From an uncultured archaeon (lineage in GTDB: Archaea; Iainarchaeota; Iainarchaeia; Iainarchaeales; JAAZKV01): a DNA stretch of 32,000 nt. The DNA lies in contig CAZKBG010000001.1 in the NCBI GenBank assembly GCA_964551375.1, positions 420,001 through 452,000 of the forward strand, written 5' to 3'. This document shows, piece by piece, positions 23,312-31,869 of this stretch; positions within the stretch are counted from its first letter, which is position 1; each line of letters begins with the position of its first letter. The notes below the pieces were generated by a model. The model was not told the origin of the DNA, searched no databases, and saw only the letters and a program-made list of their open reading frames with translations. Both the position numbers and the translations under genes were made by a program.

Positions 23312-24227
23312 CCAAAATATTTATGAAAACATCATCAAGAGTAGGCTCTTTTGTAACTGACGAAATAATATTATACCCTTTTCCGATTAAATAACTTGAA
23401 ATTGAAGACACTCTCCCCACAATTCTTTCTTCCTTAAACGGAATAAACAAAAAATCTTTTTTGGAATAAATATCCGCCCCTCCCGCAAGTTCCTTAATTA
23501 CATTAATGTCCTTATCCTTAACCCCTCCCTCAATCTTAAACACAACCACTCTTATTCCTCCGAATTTGCTCACAAGTTCTCCAGGAGGGCCTGATGCAAG
23601 AAGACTTCCATTTTTTAGAATAATTATATTATCGCACAATCTTTGAACTTCATCCATATAATGAGTGGTTATTATTATTGTTTTTTTGGATTTTTTTAAT
23701 TCAATAATCTTATCCCAAAATACCTGCCTCATTTTTGGATCAAGCCCTACAGAAGGCTCGTCAAAGAAAATAAGGTCCGGATCATGAATCATTGAAATTG
23801 CGGTATTTAAAAGACGCCTGTATCCGCCGCTCAAATTCTCGGCAATTGAATTTTTAAATTCAAAAAGATCAAGCCACTTAAGCAAAAAATCAATTCTCTT
23901 TCGCTTCCTTTCAGCAAAGTACCCGGCAACGCTTGCAAAGAAATTCATATTTTGCATAACTGTAAGGTTGTAAAAAAAAGAATCTTTTTGAGAAACAAGC
24001 GCGATTCTTGAGTGCAAATTTACCCTTTTATCCCCGTTGAAAAGAACAACTTCCCCTTTTGAAGGCTTTTCAAGCCCCAAAATTATGGAAGTAATAGTGC
24101 TTTTTCCAGACCCGCTTCCTCCCAAAAGCCCAAAAACCTCCCCCGGACTAATGTCAAAAGAAACATTATCCACAACCTTTTTCTTGCCAAAATTCTTGCT
24201 CACACTTCGAACTGAAACAACAGGCAT
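23295..24227 (-). CDS. ABC transporter ATP-binding protein
   Basis: Walker A GLLGGSGSGKST, signature LSGGYRR and Walker B LIFFDEPSVGLD. Start is taken at ATG 24227 (MPVVSVRSVSKNFG), since the longer ORF-track N-terminus is atypical for the family. Confidence 0.9.
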   Translation of the reverse strand: MPVVSVRSVSKNFGKKKVVDNVSFDISPGEVFGLLGGSGSGKSTITSIILGLEKPSKGEVVLFNGDKRVNLHSRIALVSQKDSFFYNLTVMQNMNFFASVAGYFAERKRKRIDFLLKWLDLFEFKNSIAENLSGGYRRLLNTAISMIHDPDLIFFDEPSVGLDPKMRQVFWDKIIELKKSKKTIIITTHYMDEVQRLCDNIIILKNGSLLASGPPGELVSKFGGIRVVVFKIEGGVKDKDINVIKELAGGADIYSKKDFLFIPFKEERIVGRVSSISSYLIGKGYNIISSVTKEPTLDDVFINILGGQND

Positions 24228-24384
24228 AAAACCAACTGGCACTCTAAAGACAACAAAAATGAAATATATAAAGCTGCTTTCAATAGGCGATAAAGAGGCA
24301 TAGCGCCTGATTTTAGCCCACAATAAAGTAATATAAAAGCTAACGAACTAACATAATGCAGTAAAGCAATGGAAGGAATTAGAA

Positions 24385-25713
24385 ATGGCTGTTAAAGAAT
24401 TTTACTCTAAAAACAAAATCAAAGAAGGAACGCTGATTGAATTTGAATACAACAAAGAAAAAATAAGCGGGACAGTAATTCCCACTAATGATAATTTATT
24501 GAACGTTAAACTTGCTTCAGGATATAATGCTGGATTTGAAACTGACAAAATTAAAGCGGTCAAAGTTCTTGGCGAAGCAAAGAGTGTTGGAAAGCCAAAA
24601 ACGGTTGAAATAAAGAAAAATCCATCTCTTCCAACAATTGCAGTTCTTCATACAGGCGGAACTATAGCATCAAGAGTAAATTATTCCACAGGAGGAGTAA
24701 TTGCGTCATTTAATTTAGAAGACTTAATCACATTATTTCCAGAACTTACTACAATAGCAAACATTGAGTCAGTATTTGTAGCAAATATAATGTCGGAAGA
24801 TATGAGCGCGAAAGATTATCAGGCAATATCAAGCGCAGTGGCTGGACAAATAAAAAAAGGAGTTAAAGGAGTCATAATCGGGCACGGAACTGACATGCTT
24901 GGATACAGCGCAGCAGCGCTTACATTTGAACTTGAGAATTGCCCAATACCTGTTCTTATTGTTGGAGCGCAGAGAAGCTCAGACAGGGGCTCAAGCGATG
25001 CCGCAATGAACTTAATCAGCGCCGCAACTTTTATTACAAAAACTAATTACAAAGGAGTGGCTGTCTGCATGCATCACAAAAGCGATGATGACACATGCGC
25101 AATAATGCCCGGCGCAAAGGTAAGGAAAATGCACACTTCAAGAAGAGACGCATTCAAAACAATAAATGACACTCCAATCGCGCTTGTTGATTACAAAACC
25201 AAGGAAATCAAATGGATGAAAGACAGAAAGGAGCTTGAAAAGTCAAAAGGAGAGTTTAAGCTTTTAAATAAATTTGAAGAAAAAGTCGGGCTGATTAAAA
25301 TGCATCCTTTTGTTACTGAAAAAGAGCTTGAATTTTATGCAAAAGAGAAATATCGCGGAGTAATAATTGAAGGAACCGGACTTGGACACACTCCAATACG
25401 CGAAAATGATTCATTTGTTAAAAAAATTAAAGCGCTTGTTGATGCTGGATGTGTTGTTGGAGTTACTTCACAATGCATAAATGGGAGAGTGCATCCATTT
25501 GTTTACACTAACCTTCGAAAAGTTAATGCAACAGGGGCAATTTACTGCGAGGACATGATTCCAGAAACTGCGCTAATAAAGCTGTCCTGGCTGCTTGGAG
25601 ATTACCCTCCTGCAAAAGCAAAGGAACTATTGGCAAAGAACTTGCGAGGGGAGATAAGCGAATTTACGAGAACCGACACTTATCTTGAAGACGAAATTAA
25701 TGCTTCAAAATAG
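24385..25713 (+). CDS. gatD: Glutamyl-tRNA(Gln) amidotransferase subunit D
   Basis: Asparaginase-type motifs VLHTGGTIAS and IIGHGTDML, an N-terminal GatD-specific domain, and a length of 442 aa. GGAAGG RBS. Confidence 0.92.
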   Translation: MAVKEFYSKNKIKEGTLIEFEYNKEKISGTVIPTNDNLLNVKLASGYNAGFETDKIKAVKVLGEAKSVGKPKTVEIKKNPSLPTIAVLHTGGTIASRVNYSTGGVIASFNLEDLITLFPELTTIANIESVFVANIMSEDMSAKDYQAISSAVAGQIKKGVKGVIIGHGTDMLGYSAAALTFELENCPIPVLIVGAQRSSDRGSSDAAMNLISAATFITKTNYKGVAVCMHHKSDDDTCAIMPGAKVRKMHTSRRDAFKTINDTPIALVDYKTKEIKWMKDRKELEKSKGEFKLLNKFEEKVGLIKMHPFVTEKELEFYAKEKYRGVIIEGTGLGHTPIRENDSFVKKIKALVDAGCVVGVTSQCINGRVHPFVYTNLRKVNATGAIYCEDMIPETALIKLSWLLGDYPPAKAKELLAKNLRGEISEFTRTDTYLEDEINASK

Positions 25714-25818
25714 CCCTAATCGCCAATTAGACCAAAAAGCCATAATTTCGACATTTAACTTAATCTTAGCCTTAATTCGCCATAGCCACTAATTCACTTA
25801 TTCACGTTAATAGTAATG

Positions 25819-25827
25819 TTTATATAC
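25819..25827 (+). promoter_or_regulatory. TATA box (TTTATATAC) of the Tyr-rich protein gene
   Basis: Lies about 36 nt upstream of ATG 25863. AGGTGA RBS at 25851-25856. Confidence 0.5.
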
Positions 25828-25862
25828 TACTTCCCTGGCAATATGTATGAAGGTGAGCTTTG

Positions 25863-26213
25863 ATGAGAGCAGCTTTAATTGGATTAATATTTGTAATACT
25901 CTTGATGCTAACAAGCGCAAGCTTTGCTTATTCAGGATTTAACAGATACTACTACACAGACAACTACTACCCAACAACTTACTACGCAGCACCATACGCA
26001 AACTCATACTACTACCCTACATCATATTACTACCCATCATACACATACAGCACATACTACCCAGTGGTAACTTACACAGCACCTACATATTACTACCCAA
26101 CAAACTACTACTCAGGATACACAAGCGGAGTTAGCGTATACGGAACTACAAGCTCTGGAAATTGGGGATTCTCAGTAACCAGAAGCAATTGCGGATACTA
26201 CGGATATTGTTAA
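25863..26213 (+). CDS. Secreted tyrosine-rich low-complexity protein
   Basis: Signal-peptide-like MRAALIGLIFVILLMLTSASFA, followed by YSGFNRYYYTDNYYPTTYYAAPYANSYYYPTSYYYPSYTYSTYYPVVTYTAPTYYYPTNYYSGY...CGYYGYC. It has its own TATA box, RBS and downstream hairpin. Confidence 0.65.
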   Translation: MRAALIGLIFVILLMLTSASFAYSGFNRYYYTDNYYPTTYYAAPYANSYYYPTSYYYPSYTYSTYYPVVTYTAPTYYYPTNYYSGYTSGVSVYGTTSSGNWGFSVTRSNCGYYGYC

Positions 26214-26230
26214 ACACAAGCAAAACAAAT

Positions 26231-26265
26231 CCCGCTTTGATTCTTGAGCGGGTTAACTAATTTTT
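26231..26265 (+). terminator. Hairpin followed by T-run
   Basis: CCCGCT (26231-26236), 10-nt loop, AGCGGG (26247-26252), then TTAACTAATTTTT. Confidence 0.4.
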
Positions 26266-26317
26266 AATCCTTTTCATACTATTTTTAGTCATGCAAAAAC
26301 AAAATAACTCAAAGCCT

Positions 26318-26362
26318 GATTATGAAAAACTTGGACTCAAAGCAGGACTTGAAGTTCACCAG
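26318..26362 (+). repeat. Direct repeat copy 1 (45 bp, gatE 5' coding sequence)
   Basis: GATTATGAAAAACTTGGACTCAAAGCAGGACTTGAAGTTCACCAG matches 26421-26465 at 42/45 positions. The last 30 nt are identical. Confidence 0.95.
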
Positions 26363-26413
26363 AGCCGTCACGCCGGCTCGCGGGCGGAGTTCGCTTGCGC
26401 TCACGGGGTGAAC
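26363..26413 (+). other. GC-rich 51-nt insert between the gatE 5' repeats
   Basis: AGCCGTCACGCCGGCTCGCGGGCGGAGTTCGCTTGCGCTCACGGGGTGAAC has 37/51 G+C by hand count, in an AT-rich genome. It contains the hairpin GAGCCG/CGGCTC (arms 26362-26367 and 26374-26379; the 5' arm starts 1 nt before the insert). Its 3' end GGTGAAC (26407-26413) is both the gatE Shine-Dalgarno sequence and the complement of GTTCACC (26354-26360). Confidence 0.8.
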
Positions 26414-26417
26414 TAAA

Positions 26418-28310
26418 ATGGATTACAAAAAACTAGGACTCAAAGCAGGACTTGAAGTTCACCAGCAGCTTGATACTGGAAAATTATTCATTAGAACGCC
26501 AAGCATATTAAGCGATGAATTTGACTTTACAATAGAAAGAAAACTAAGGCCGGTTCCGTCAGAGCTTGGAGAATATGATAAAACCGCAATTGACGCATTC
26601 AAAAGAAATGAAACTTTTTACTACTCGGGAAAAAAAGAAAATATTTCACTGGTGGAGCTTGATGAAGAGCCGCCGCAGCCAATGGATAAAGAAGCGCTAA
26701 AAACGGTTCTTGAAGTATCATCACTGTGCAATTCAACTATTGTGAGCAAAATAATTCCAATGCGAAAAACTGTAATTGACGGAAGCAACACAAGCGCATT
26801 TCAAAGAACAGCATTAATTTCTCTTGGAGGACACTTTGATATCGAAAGCGAGGATGCAAAAGGAAAAAAATCCAAAAAAGAAATCAGCGTCCAAACAATA
26901 CTCCTTGAAGAAGACGCTGCAAGGCCAATAAAGAAAGAAGCTGGAAAAATATACTACAACCTTGATAGACTTGGAATTCCATTAATTGAGCTTGCAACAG
27001 GCCCTGATATTAGAACTCCAAACGAAGCAGTGCTTGCAGCTGCAAAAATAGGGGAACTAATGAGAATAACTTGCAAGGCAAAAAGAGGAAAAGGAACAAT
27101 AAGACAGGATGTGAATATTTCAATCGCAGAAGGGGCAAGATGCGAAATAAAAGGGTGCCAGGAACTTGAACTAATCAGAACAGTTGTGGAAAAAGAAGTT
27201 GAAAGGCAGATTGATTTACTGGAAGTAAAGAAAAAGTTAAATTCAAAATACTCCAAGACAAAAGACAAAACCAAAATATTCGGCGGGGCGACTGATTTAA
27301 CTCAAACCCTGAAAAACACTGAATGCAAATTTGTGAAAGGAAAAACTACTTTTGGAATTAAAATTGAAAATGCAAAAGGACTGCTTGGAGAAAAAGTGGG
27401 GGCTAAGCGATTTGGAAGCGAACTAAGCGCATATGCTAAAGCAACAGGCGTAAGCGGACTCATCCACATAGACGAACTCCCAAATTATGGAATCACTGAA
27501 AAAGAAGTTGAGCTAATCGCAAAAGCGCTTGACTGCAAGGCAGAAGATAATTTTATTTTAATAGTGGCTGAAAAAGAAAGAGCTCAAAAAGCATTTGAAG
27601 CTGTGAAAGAAAGATTCTTAGCCGCGTTTGAAAAAGTCCCTAATGAAACGCGCGGAGCGCTTGAAGACGGCTCAAGCGAATACCAAAGACCGCTCTCAAG
27701 CGAGGCAAGAATGTACCCTGAAACTGATTTGCCGTTTGAAATTATCACAAAAGAAAAACTTGCTGAAATTAACAAAGGCTTGCCAAAAAGCGTAATTGAA
27801 AGAGAGAAAGAATACGCTAAAATGGGATTAAGCACTAACCACGTGGAAGAAATGAAATTATCCAATTATGCAAGATTTTTTGAAAACGCAGTGGCAAAAG
27901 GAATAAATCCAAAAACAGGCGCAAGCACACTGCTTCAAACACTTACCGAACTCAAAAGAAAAGGAATTGAAGTTGAACGAGTAAGCCTTGAAGAAATTGA
28001 AACTCTGCTGCTTGCTGAAGCCAAAGGAAAAATACAAAAATCCGCGCTTGAAGAAGCAATTATTGAACTTTCAAAAGGAAAAACAACAAGCGAAATACTT
28101 TCTGAAAAGAAAACTGCAAAAGTCGACACTAAAGCAGCTGAGAATAAAATTGCTGAAATTGTGAACAAAAATATTGCGCTAGTAAGAGCAAAAGGAATGG
28201 GTGCAATCGGACCTTTAATGGGAGATGCTATGAAAGAACCTGCTCTGAAAGGAATTGAAGGCAAAATCTTAAGCGAAATGCTTAGAAAAGAAATAAGCGC
28301 AAACAAATAA
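26418..28310 (+). CDS. gatE: Glutamyl-tRNA(Gln) amidotransferase subunit E
   Basis: N-terminus MDYKKLGLKAGLEVHQQLDTGKLF is characteristic of GatE/GatB. At 630 aa, it has the archaeal GatE-size insertion and a C-terminal helical tail domain. Confidence 0.92.
   Translation: MDYKKLGLKAGLEVHQQLDTGKLFIRTPSILSDEFDFTIERKLRPVPSELGEYDKTAIDAFKRNETFYYSGKKENISLVELDEEPPQPMDKEALKTVLEVSSLCNSTIVSKIIPMRKTVIDGSNTSAFQRTALISLGGHFDIESEDAKGKKSKKEISVQTILLEEDAARPIKKEAGKIYYNLDRLGIPLIELATGPDIRTPNEAVLAAAKIGELMRITCKAKRGKGTIRQDVNISIAEGARCEIKGCQELELIRTVVEKEVERQIDLLEVKKKLNSKYSKTKDKTKIFGGATDLTQTLKNTECKFVKGKTTFGIKIENAKGLLGEKVGAKRFGSELSAYAKATGVSGLIHIDELPNYGITEKEVELIAKALDCKAEDNFILIVAEKERAQKAFEAVKERFLAAFEKVPNETRGALEDGSSEYQRPLSSEARMYPETDLPFEIITKEKLAEINKGLPKSVIEREKEYAKMGLSTNHVEEMKLSNYARFFENAVAKGINPKTGASTLLQTLTELKRKGIEVERVSLEEIETLLLAEAKGKIQKSALEEAIIELSKGKTTSEILSEKKTAKVDTKAAENKIAEIVNKNIALVRAKGMGAIGPLMGDAMKEPALKGIEGKILSEMLRKEISANK
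26421..26465 (+). repeat. Direct repeat copy 2 (within functional gatE)
   Basis: GATTACAAAAAACTAGGACTCAAAGCAGGACTTGAAGTTCACCAG. See copy 1. Confidence 0.95.
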
Positions 28311-28459
28311 ATCCTTTGGTTAATTACTGCAAAATAAGAGCAGTTTAGAAAAAATTATTTAAAATTACTTTTGAGTCCCGCTTCTTGCAAGATACACAAC
28401 ATTCCCGCCGCTGTGACCCAACTCAATTAACTTTGCCCTGCTTAAAAAACCCCATTATA

Positions 28460-28702
28460 TTAAAGCATCCCTTTTGCGCCTTTCCTTATTTTTCTTAAAC
28501 ACTTCTTATGAAAATACTGGCCCGCCCAGTGCTTATCCGTAGGGGCTTTTCCGCACAAAGAACACTGTTCGTTATATTTTCCAACTCCTGCATCAGAAGA
28601 ATCATCATCTGAATCTTCTTTTTTCTCATCAGGCTTTTTGTTAAATAAATTTAAACCCATTAAATCACCTAAACCAAATAAATGTCCAACAAATTGAGTC
28701 AT
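28460..28702 (-). CDS. Small protein with acidic linker and C-terminal CxxC...HxxC zinc-ribbon-like motif
   Basis: MTQFVGHLFGLGDLMGLNLF, then KKPDEKKEDSDDDSSD, then CSLCGKAPTDKHWAGQYFHKKC. It lies 8 nt downstream of the NUDIX gene stop, so it is probably in an operon with it. Confidence 0.45.
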   Translation of the reverse strand: MTQFVGHLFGLGDLMGLNLFNKKPDEKKEDSDDDSSDAGVGKYNEQCSLCGKAPTDKHWAGQYFHKKCLRKIRKGAKGML

Positions 28703-28710
28703 GCTTTAAT

Positions 28711-29223
28711 TTATTTTTCAACGCTCAACCCAAGCATCTTTATTGCCTTAAGCATTGTGCTCTTCATATTCTTATGCTTAAGCATCTTAACCGCCTCGGC
28801 GGGACTGCACCACTTAAAATCATCATGCTCAATAGTCTTCTCGCCTTTTGACGAATCCTGATTCTCAAAACTGATTTTATTATTGCTTGAAACGCGTATC
28901 AAAAAATTCTGAACGTGGCTTTCCATATTCCTTGAACTGTCAAAATAATACAACTCATCAACTTTCCCAAGCGCCTCATGCCGAGGAATGCTTGTCTCTT
29001 CAAACAATTCCCTCTTAATAGCACCCTCAATAGACTCGCCTTCATTAATTCCGCCTTTAGGAAACTCCCACCCAGACCAGTGAAGAACCCTATGGAGCAA
29101 TAAAAACTTCTCCCCGTCAAAAACAACAAGCCCAACAATCTCCCTATTCTTCGCTCCGCTTGCAATAGGCGCCGAACTAGTCTTATGCTTCTTTGACTTG
29201 ACAAAACTTCCCTCAGGATACAT
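28711..29223 (-). CDS. NUDIX hydrolase
   Basis: Nudix box GGINEGESIEGAIKRELFEETSI fits Gx5Ex7REUxEExGU, with S in place of the final G. Confidence 0.85.
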   Translation of the reverse strand: MYPEGSFVKSKKHKTSSAPIASGAKNREIVGLVVFDGEKFLLLHRVLHWSGWEFPKGGINEGESIEGAIKRELFEETSIPRHEALGKVDELYYFDSSRNMESHVQNFLIRVSSNNKISFENQDSSKGEKTIEHDDFKWCSPAEAVKMLKHKNMKSTMLKAIKMLGLSVEK

Positions 29224-29290
29224 CAAAAACCTAGAAAATCATGAGTTAAAAATATAAAAACCCTGCTGAACACCCTATTTAGTGATAAAA

Positions 29291-30361
29291 ATGGCAAAAG
29301 TCTACTTTAAAGCAGTTGATTCATACAAAAACACTCAAGCAGTAAATGAAGCAGCAGCAGCCCTATTAAAGAAAATCCAAACAGAAGAACAATTGCTTGA
29401 CTTTAAAAAACCGATTCCAATAAAAGTTCACTTTGGAGAGGACAAATGCAACACTTACATCACTCCGCAAAACTTTGAAGGGCTGATTAATTACTTAAAA
29501 CAAGAAACAAAAACCCCTCAAAATTCAAAAGACAGCAAAAAAATATTTTTCACCGACACAAATGTGCTTTACAAAGGAAGAAGAACAACAAGAGACTCGC
29601 ACACAGCGCTCGCAAAAGAACACGGATTTACACAGCTCCCAATAATAATAGCCGACGGAGAAGCGGGCGAAGAATTTATTGAAGTGGATATTAAAGAAAC
29701 TAATTCAAAACACTTTGACTCATGCAAAATCGGAAAAATAATATCAGAAAATGAACAGCTGATAGTTCTTGCCCACTTCAAAGGACACATGCTTGCAGGA
29801 TTTGGAGGCGCGATAAAACAGCTTTCAATGGGATGCGCTTCACGCCCTGGAAAACTTGCAATGCACTCAAAATCAAAACCAATAATTAACCCGCTCAAAT
29901 GCAAAAAATGCATGACCTGCACAAAAAACTGCCCCGCAGACGCATGCATCATAAGCACAATTCCCCACATTGACGGAAAGAAATGCATCGGCTGCGCAAA
30001 ATGCATCGCAGTATGCCCGTTTGACGCAATAGACGCCAACTGGATAAGCACGCTTCAAAACGAATTCCTTGAAAAAATGGCTGAATACGCATACGCTGCC
30101 CAGAAAGGCAAGAAAGTAGTTTATATTAACTTTATTTTCAACGTGACAAAAGAATGCGACTGCATGGACAAAGCGCAAAAAATAATTGCAAAAGACATTG
30201 GAATCATGGCTTCAACCGACCCCGTGGCGCTTGATAAAGCAAGCCTTGAGATATTAGCGAAAAGCGAGAAACGAAAACTATTCGGCGGAGAGCATGTGTT
30301 TGAATATTCCGAAAAAATCGGGTTAGGGAATAGAAAATACGAACTGATAAACATGAACTAA
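29291..30361 (+). CDS. DUF362-type protein with two 4Fe-4S ferredoxin motifs
   Basis: Starts MAKVYFKAVDS... Ferredoxin motifs CKKCMTCTKNCP and CIGCAKCIAVCP, plus the C-terminal CDCMD that is typical of DUF362 proteins. The ATG at 29291 is preferred over the ORF-track GTG at 29282. Confidence 0.8.
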   Translation: MAKVYFKAVDSYKNTQAVNEAAAALLKKIQTEEQLLDFKKPIPIKVHFGEDKCNTYITPQNFEGLINYLKQETKTPQNSKDSKKIFFTDTNVLYKGRRTTRDSHTALAKEHGFTQLPIIIADGEAGEEFIEVDIKETNSKHFDSCKIGKIISENEQLIVLAHFKGHMLAGFGGAIKQLSMGCASRPGKLAMHSKSKPIINPLKCKKCMTCTKNCPADACIISTIPHIDGKKCIGCAKCIAVCPFDAIDANWISTLQNEFLEKMAEYAYAAQKGKKVVYINFIFNVTKECDCMDKAQKIIAKDIGIMASTDPVALDKASLEILAKSEKRKLFGGEHVFEYSEKIGLGNRKYELINMN

Positions 30362-30428
30362 CTTTTCAAAAGCAAGCATTTAGAACAAAACAATTACTTA
30401 TATTAATCCCTAAAACAAAGATGATATT

Positions 30429-31634
30429 ATGCCAAAAAAAGAACAAAACTTAAAAAATATCAAAAATACCAATAATGCAAACCAAAAAGAAGACAAAAAG
30501 ACAATGAAGGCATTCTCGATTGCGACTTTTTTAAACGATATGGGAAGCGACATGATAAACCCAATCTGGCCGATGTTTCTAACATCATTTCTTGGAATCA
30601 ACATGTCGCTTTTGGGACTGATTGACGGACTGGGAGACGCAATTGTATCAATTTCACAGGCAATAAGCGGATACTACTCCGACAGATTAAGAAAAAGAAA
30701 AATATTCATCTGGACAGGATACTTCTTCTCAGGAATAGCAAGACTCGGATACGCAATTTCAACCACTTGGCCGATGATAATACCTTTTAGAATAATTGAC
30801 CGCGCAGGAAAAATACGCGGAAGCCCAAGGGACGCAATGGTGGCGGATATTTCAACCGAAAAAAACAGGGGAAAGAATTTCGGGCTCCTAAGAACAATGG
30901 ACAACTTTGGCGCAGTAGCAGGAATTTTATTATGCTTATTTTTCATAAACATACTCGCGCTTGATTTGACAACAATTCTGTTAATCGCATCAATCCCCTC
31001 AATAATCGGCGCGGGAGCAGTAATATTTTTAATAAAAGAAAAAAAACTTGAGGGGTTAAAACTTTTCAAAGGACTCCAATTCAAAAACTTGAACAAAAAC
31101 TTCAAGCTGTTTGTGGTAATAAGCGCAGTATTTGCATTAGGCTCATTCAGCTACTCATTCTTACTGCTCTTCGCGAAGTACCTTGGATGGAATATAACAA
31201 CCGTGCCGATACTTTACTTAATTTTCACTCTTGCCGCAGCTTTTCTCTCGCTTCCCTTTGGAAAGCTTTCAGATAAAATAGGAAGAAAAAAAGTAATTTA
31301 CATTTCACTTGCGCTATGGGCATTAAGCTGCATATTATTCATCACCATGAGCGCATGGTGGATAATAGTAATTATATTTATCCTCTACGGACTTCACAAA
31401 GCAGCGCTTGAACCTGTGCAAAAAACCTTTGTGGCAGAACTTGCACCTGAAAAATTCAGGGCAAGCGCTCTTGGAGGCTTTCAAATGGTAATCGGACTCT
31501 GCGCGCTCCCCGCATCAGTAGTAGCAGGAATCCTCTGGGACAACATTAACCCGACAGCCCCGTTTATTCTTTCATTAGGACTCACAATAATTGCATTTGT
31601 GCTTTTAGTATTTGTAAAGGAAAATAAAAAATAA
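30429..31634 (+). CDS. MFS transporter
   Basis: About 12 hydrophobic helices. MFS motif A-like GYYSDRLRKRKIF between TM2 and TM3, with a second copy, GKLSDKIGRKK, in the C-terminal half. Confidence 0.85.
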   Translation: MPKKEQNLKNIKNTNNANQKEDKKTMKAFSIATFLNDMGSDMINPIWPMFLTSFLGINMSLLGLIDGLGDAIVSISQAISGYYSDRLRKRKIFIWTGYFFSGIARLGYAISTTWPMIIPFRIIDRAGKIRGSPRDAMVADISTEKNRGKNFGLLRTMDNFGAVAGILLCLFFINILALDLTTILLIASIPSIIGAGAVIFLIKEKKLEGLKLFKGLQFKNLNKNFKLFVVISAVFALGSFSYSFLLLFAKYLGWNITTVPILYLIFTLAAAFLSLPFGKLSDKIGRKKVIYISLALWALSCILFITMSAWWIIVIIFILYGLHKAALEPVQKTFVAELAPEKFRASALGGFQMVIGLCALPASVVAGILWDNINPTAPFILSLGLTIIAFVLLVFVKENKK

Positions 31635-31669
31635 AAAGCTTTTTAAAAACTAATTGAAAAAAATAAGAA

Positions 31670-31742
31670 TAGCCCCTCCCAGATTCGAACTGGGGTCCTA
31701 GGCTTCAAAGGCCTATGTCCTTAGCCGCTAGACGAAGGGGCT
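31670..31742 (-). tRNA. tRNA-Gln (anticodon UUG)
   Basis: Minus strand reads AGCCCCT TC GTCT AGCGGCTAA GGAC A TAGGC CTTTGAA GCCTA GGAC CCCAG TTCGAAT CTGGG AGGGGCT A. Full cloverleaf. No CCA is encoded. Confidence 0.9.
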
Positions 31743-31869
31743 TGCTAATTAGCTAACACAATTACGATTGTAAAATAATTGATTATGGGTAGCAATTTAA
31801 AGCTTTTCATGAACTAATTTTTATGTAATATAAGGTGAGCCAGAGGCAATCTTAGATAATTAAGCAAAA

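Larger units (their letters stand above)
26291..26416 (+). pseudogene. Displaced ancestral gatE 5' end, now a 41-codon upstream ORF
   Basis: Reads MQKQNNSKPDYEKLGLKAGLEVHQ, then SRHAGSRAEFACAHGVN and a stop. Residues 10-24 duplicate GatE residues 2-16. The stop TAA (26414-26416) is 1 nt from the gatE ATG (TAAAATG). TATA-like TTTTTAAT (26261-26268) lies about 23 nt upstream of ATG 26291. Confidence 0.45.

Noticed and set aside
26354-26413. The gatE upstream insert as a bulge-helix-bulge (EndA-spliced) intron in a protein-coding gene
   Set aside because: The downstream gatE copy has its own ATG and SD, so it needs no splicing. The two direct repeats are not mutually complementary. I could not draw a 3-nt bulge / 4-bp helix / 3-nt bulge motif at any junction that would give an in-frame join. 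The 7-bp stem is better explained as SD sequestration.
28311-28459. 149-nt gap between gatE and the small Zn-ribbon-like gene, screened for a small ORF or structured RNA
   Set aside because: It holds only very short ORFs (10-24 codons) without an RBS, and I could identify no convincing stem-loops or box motifs.
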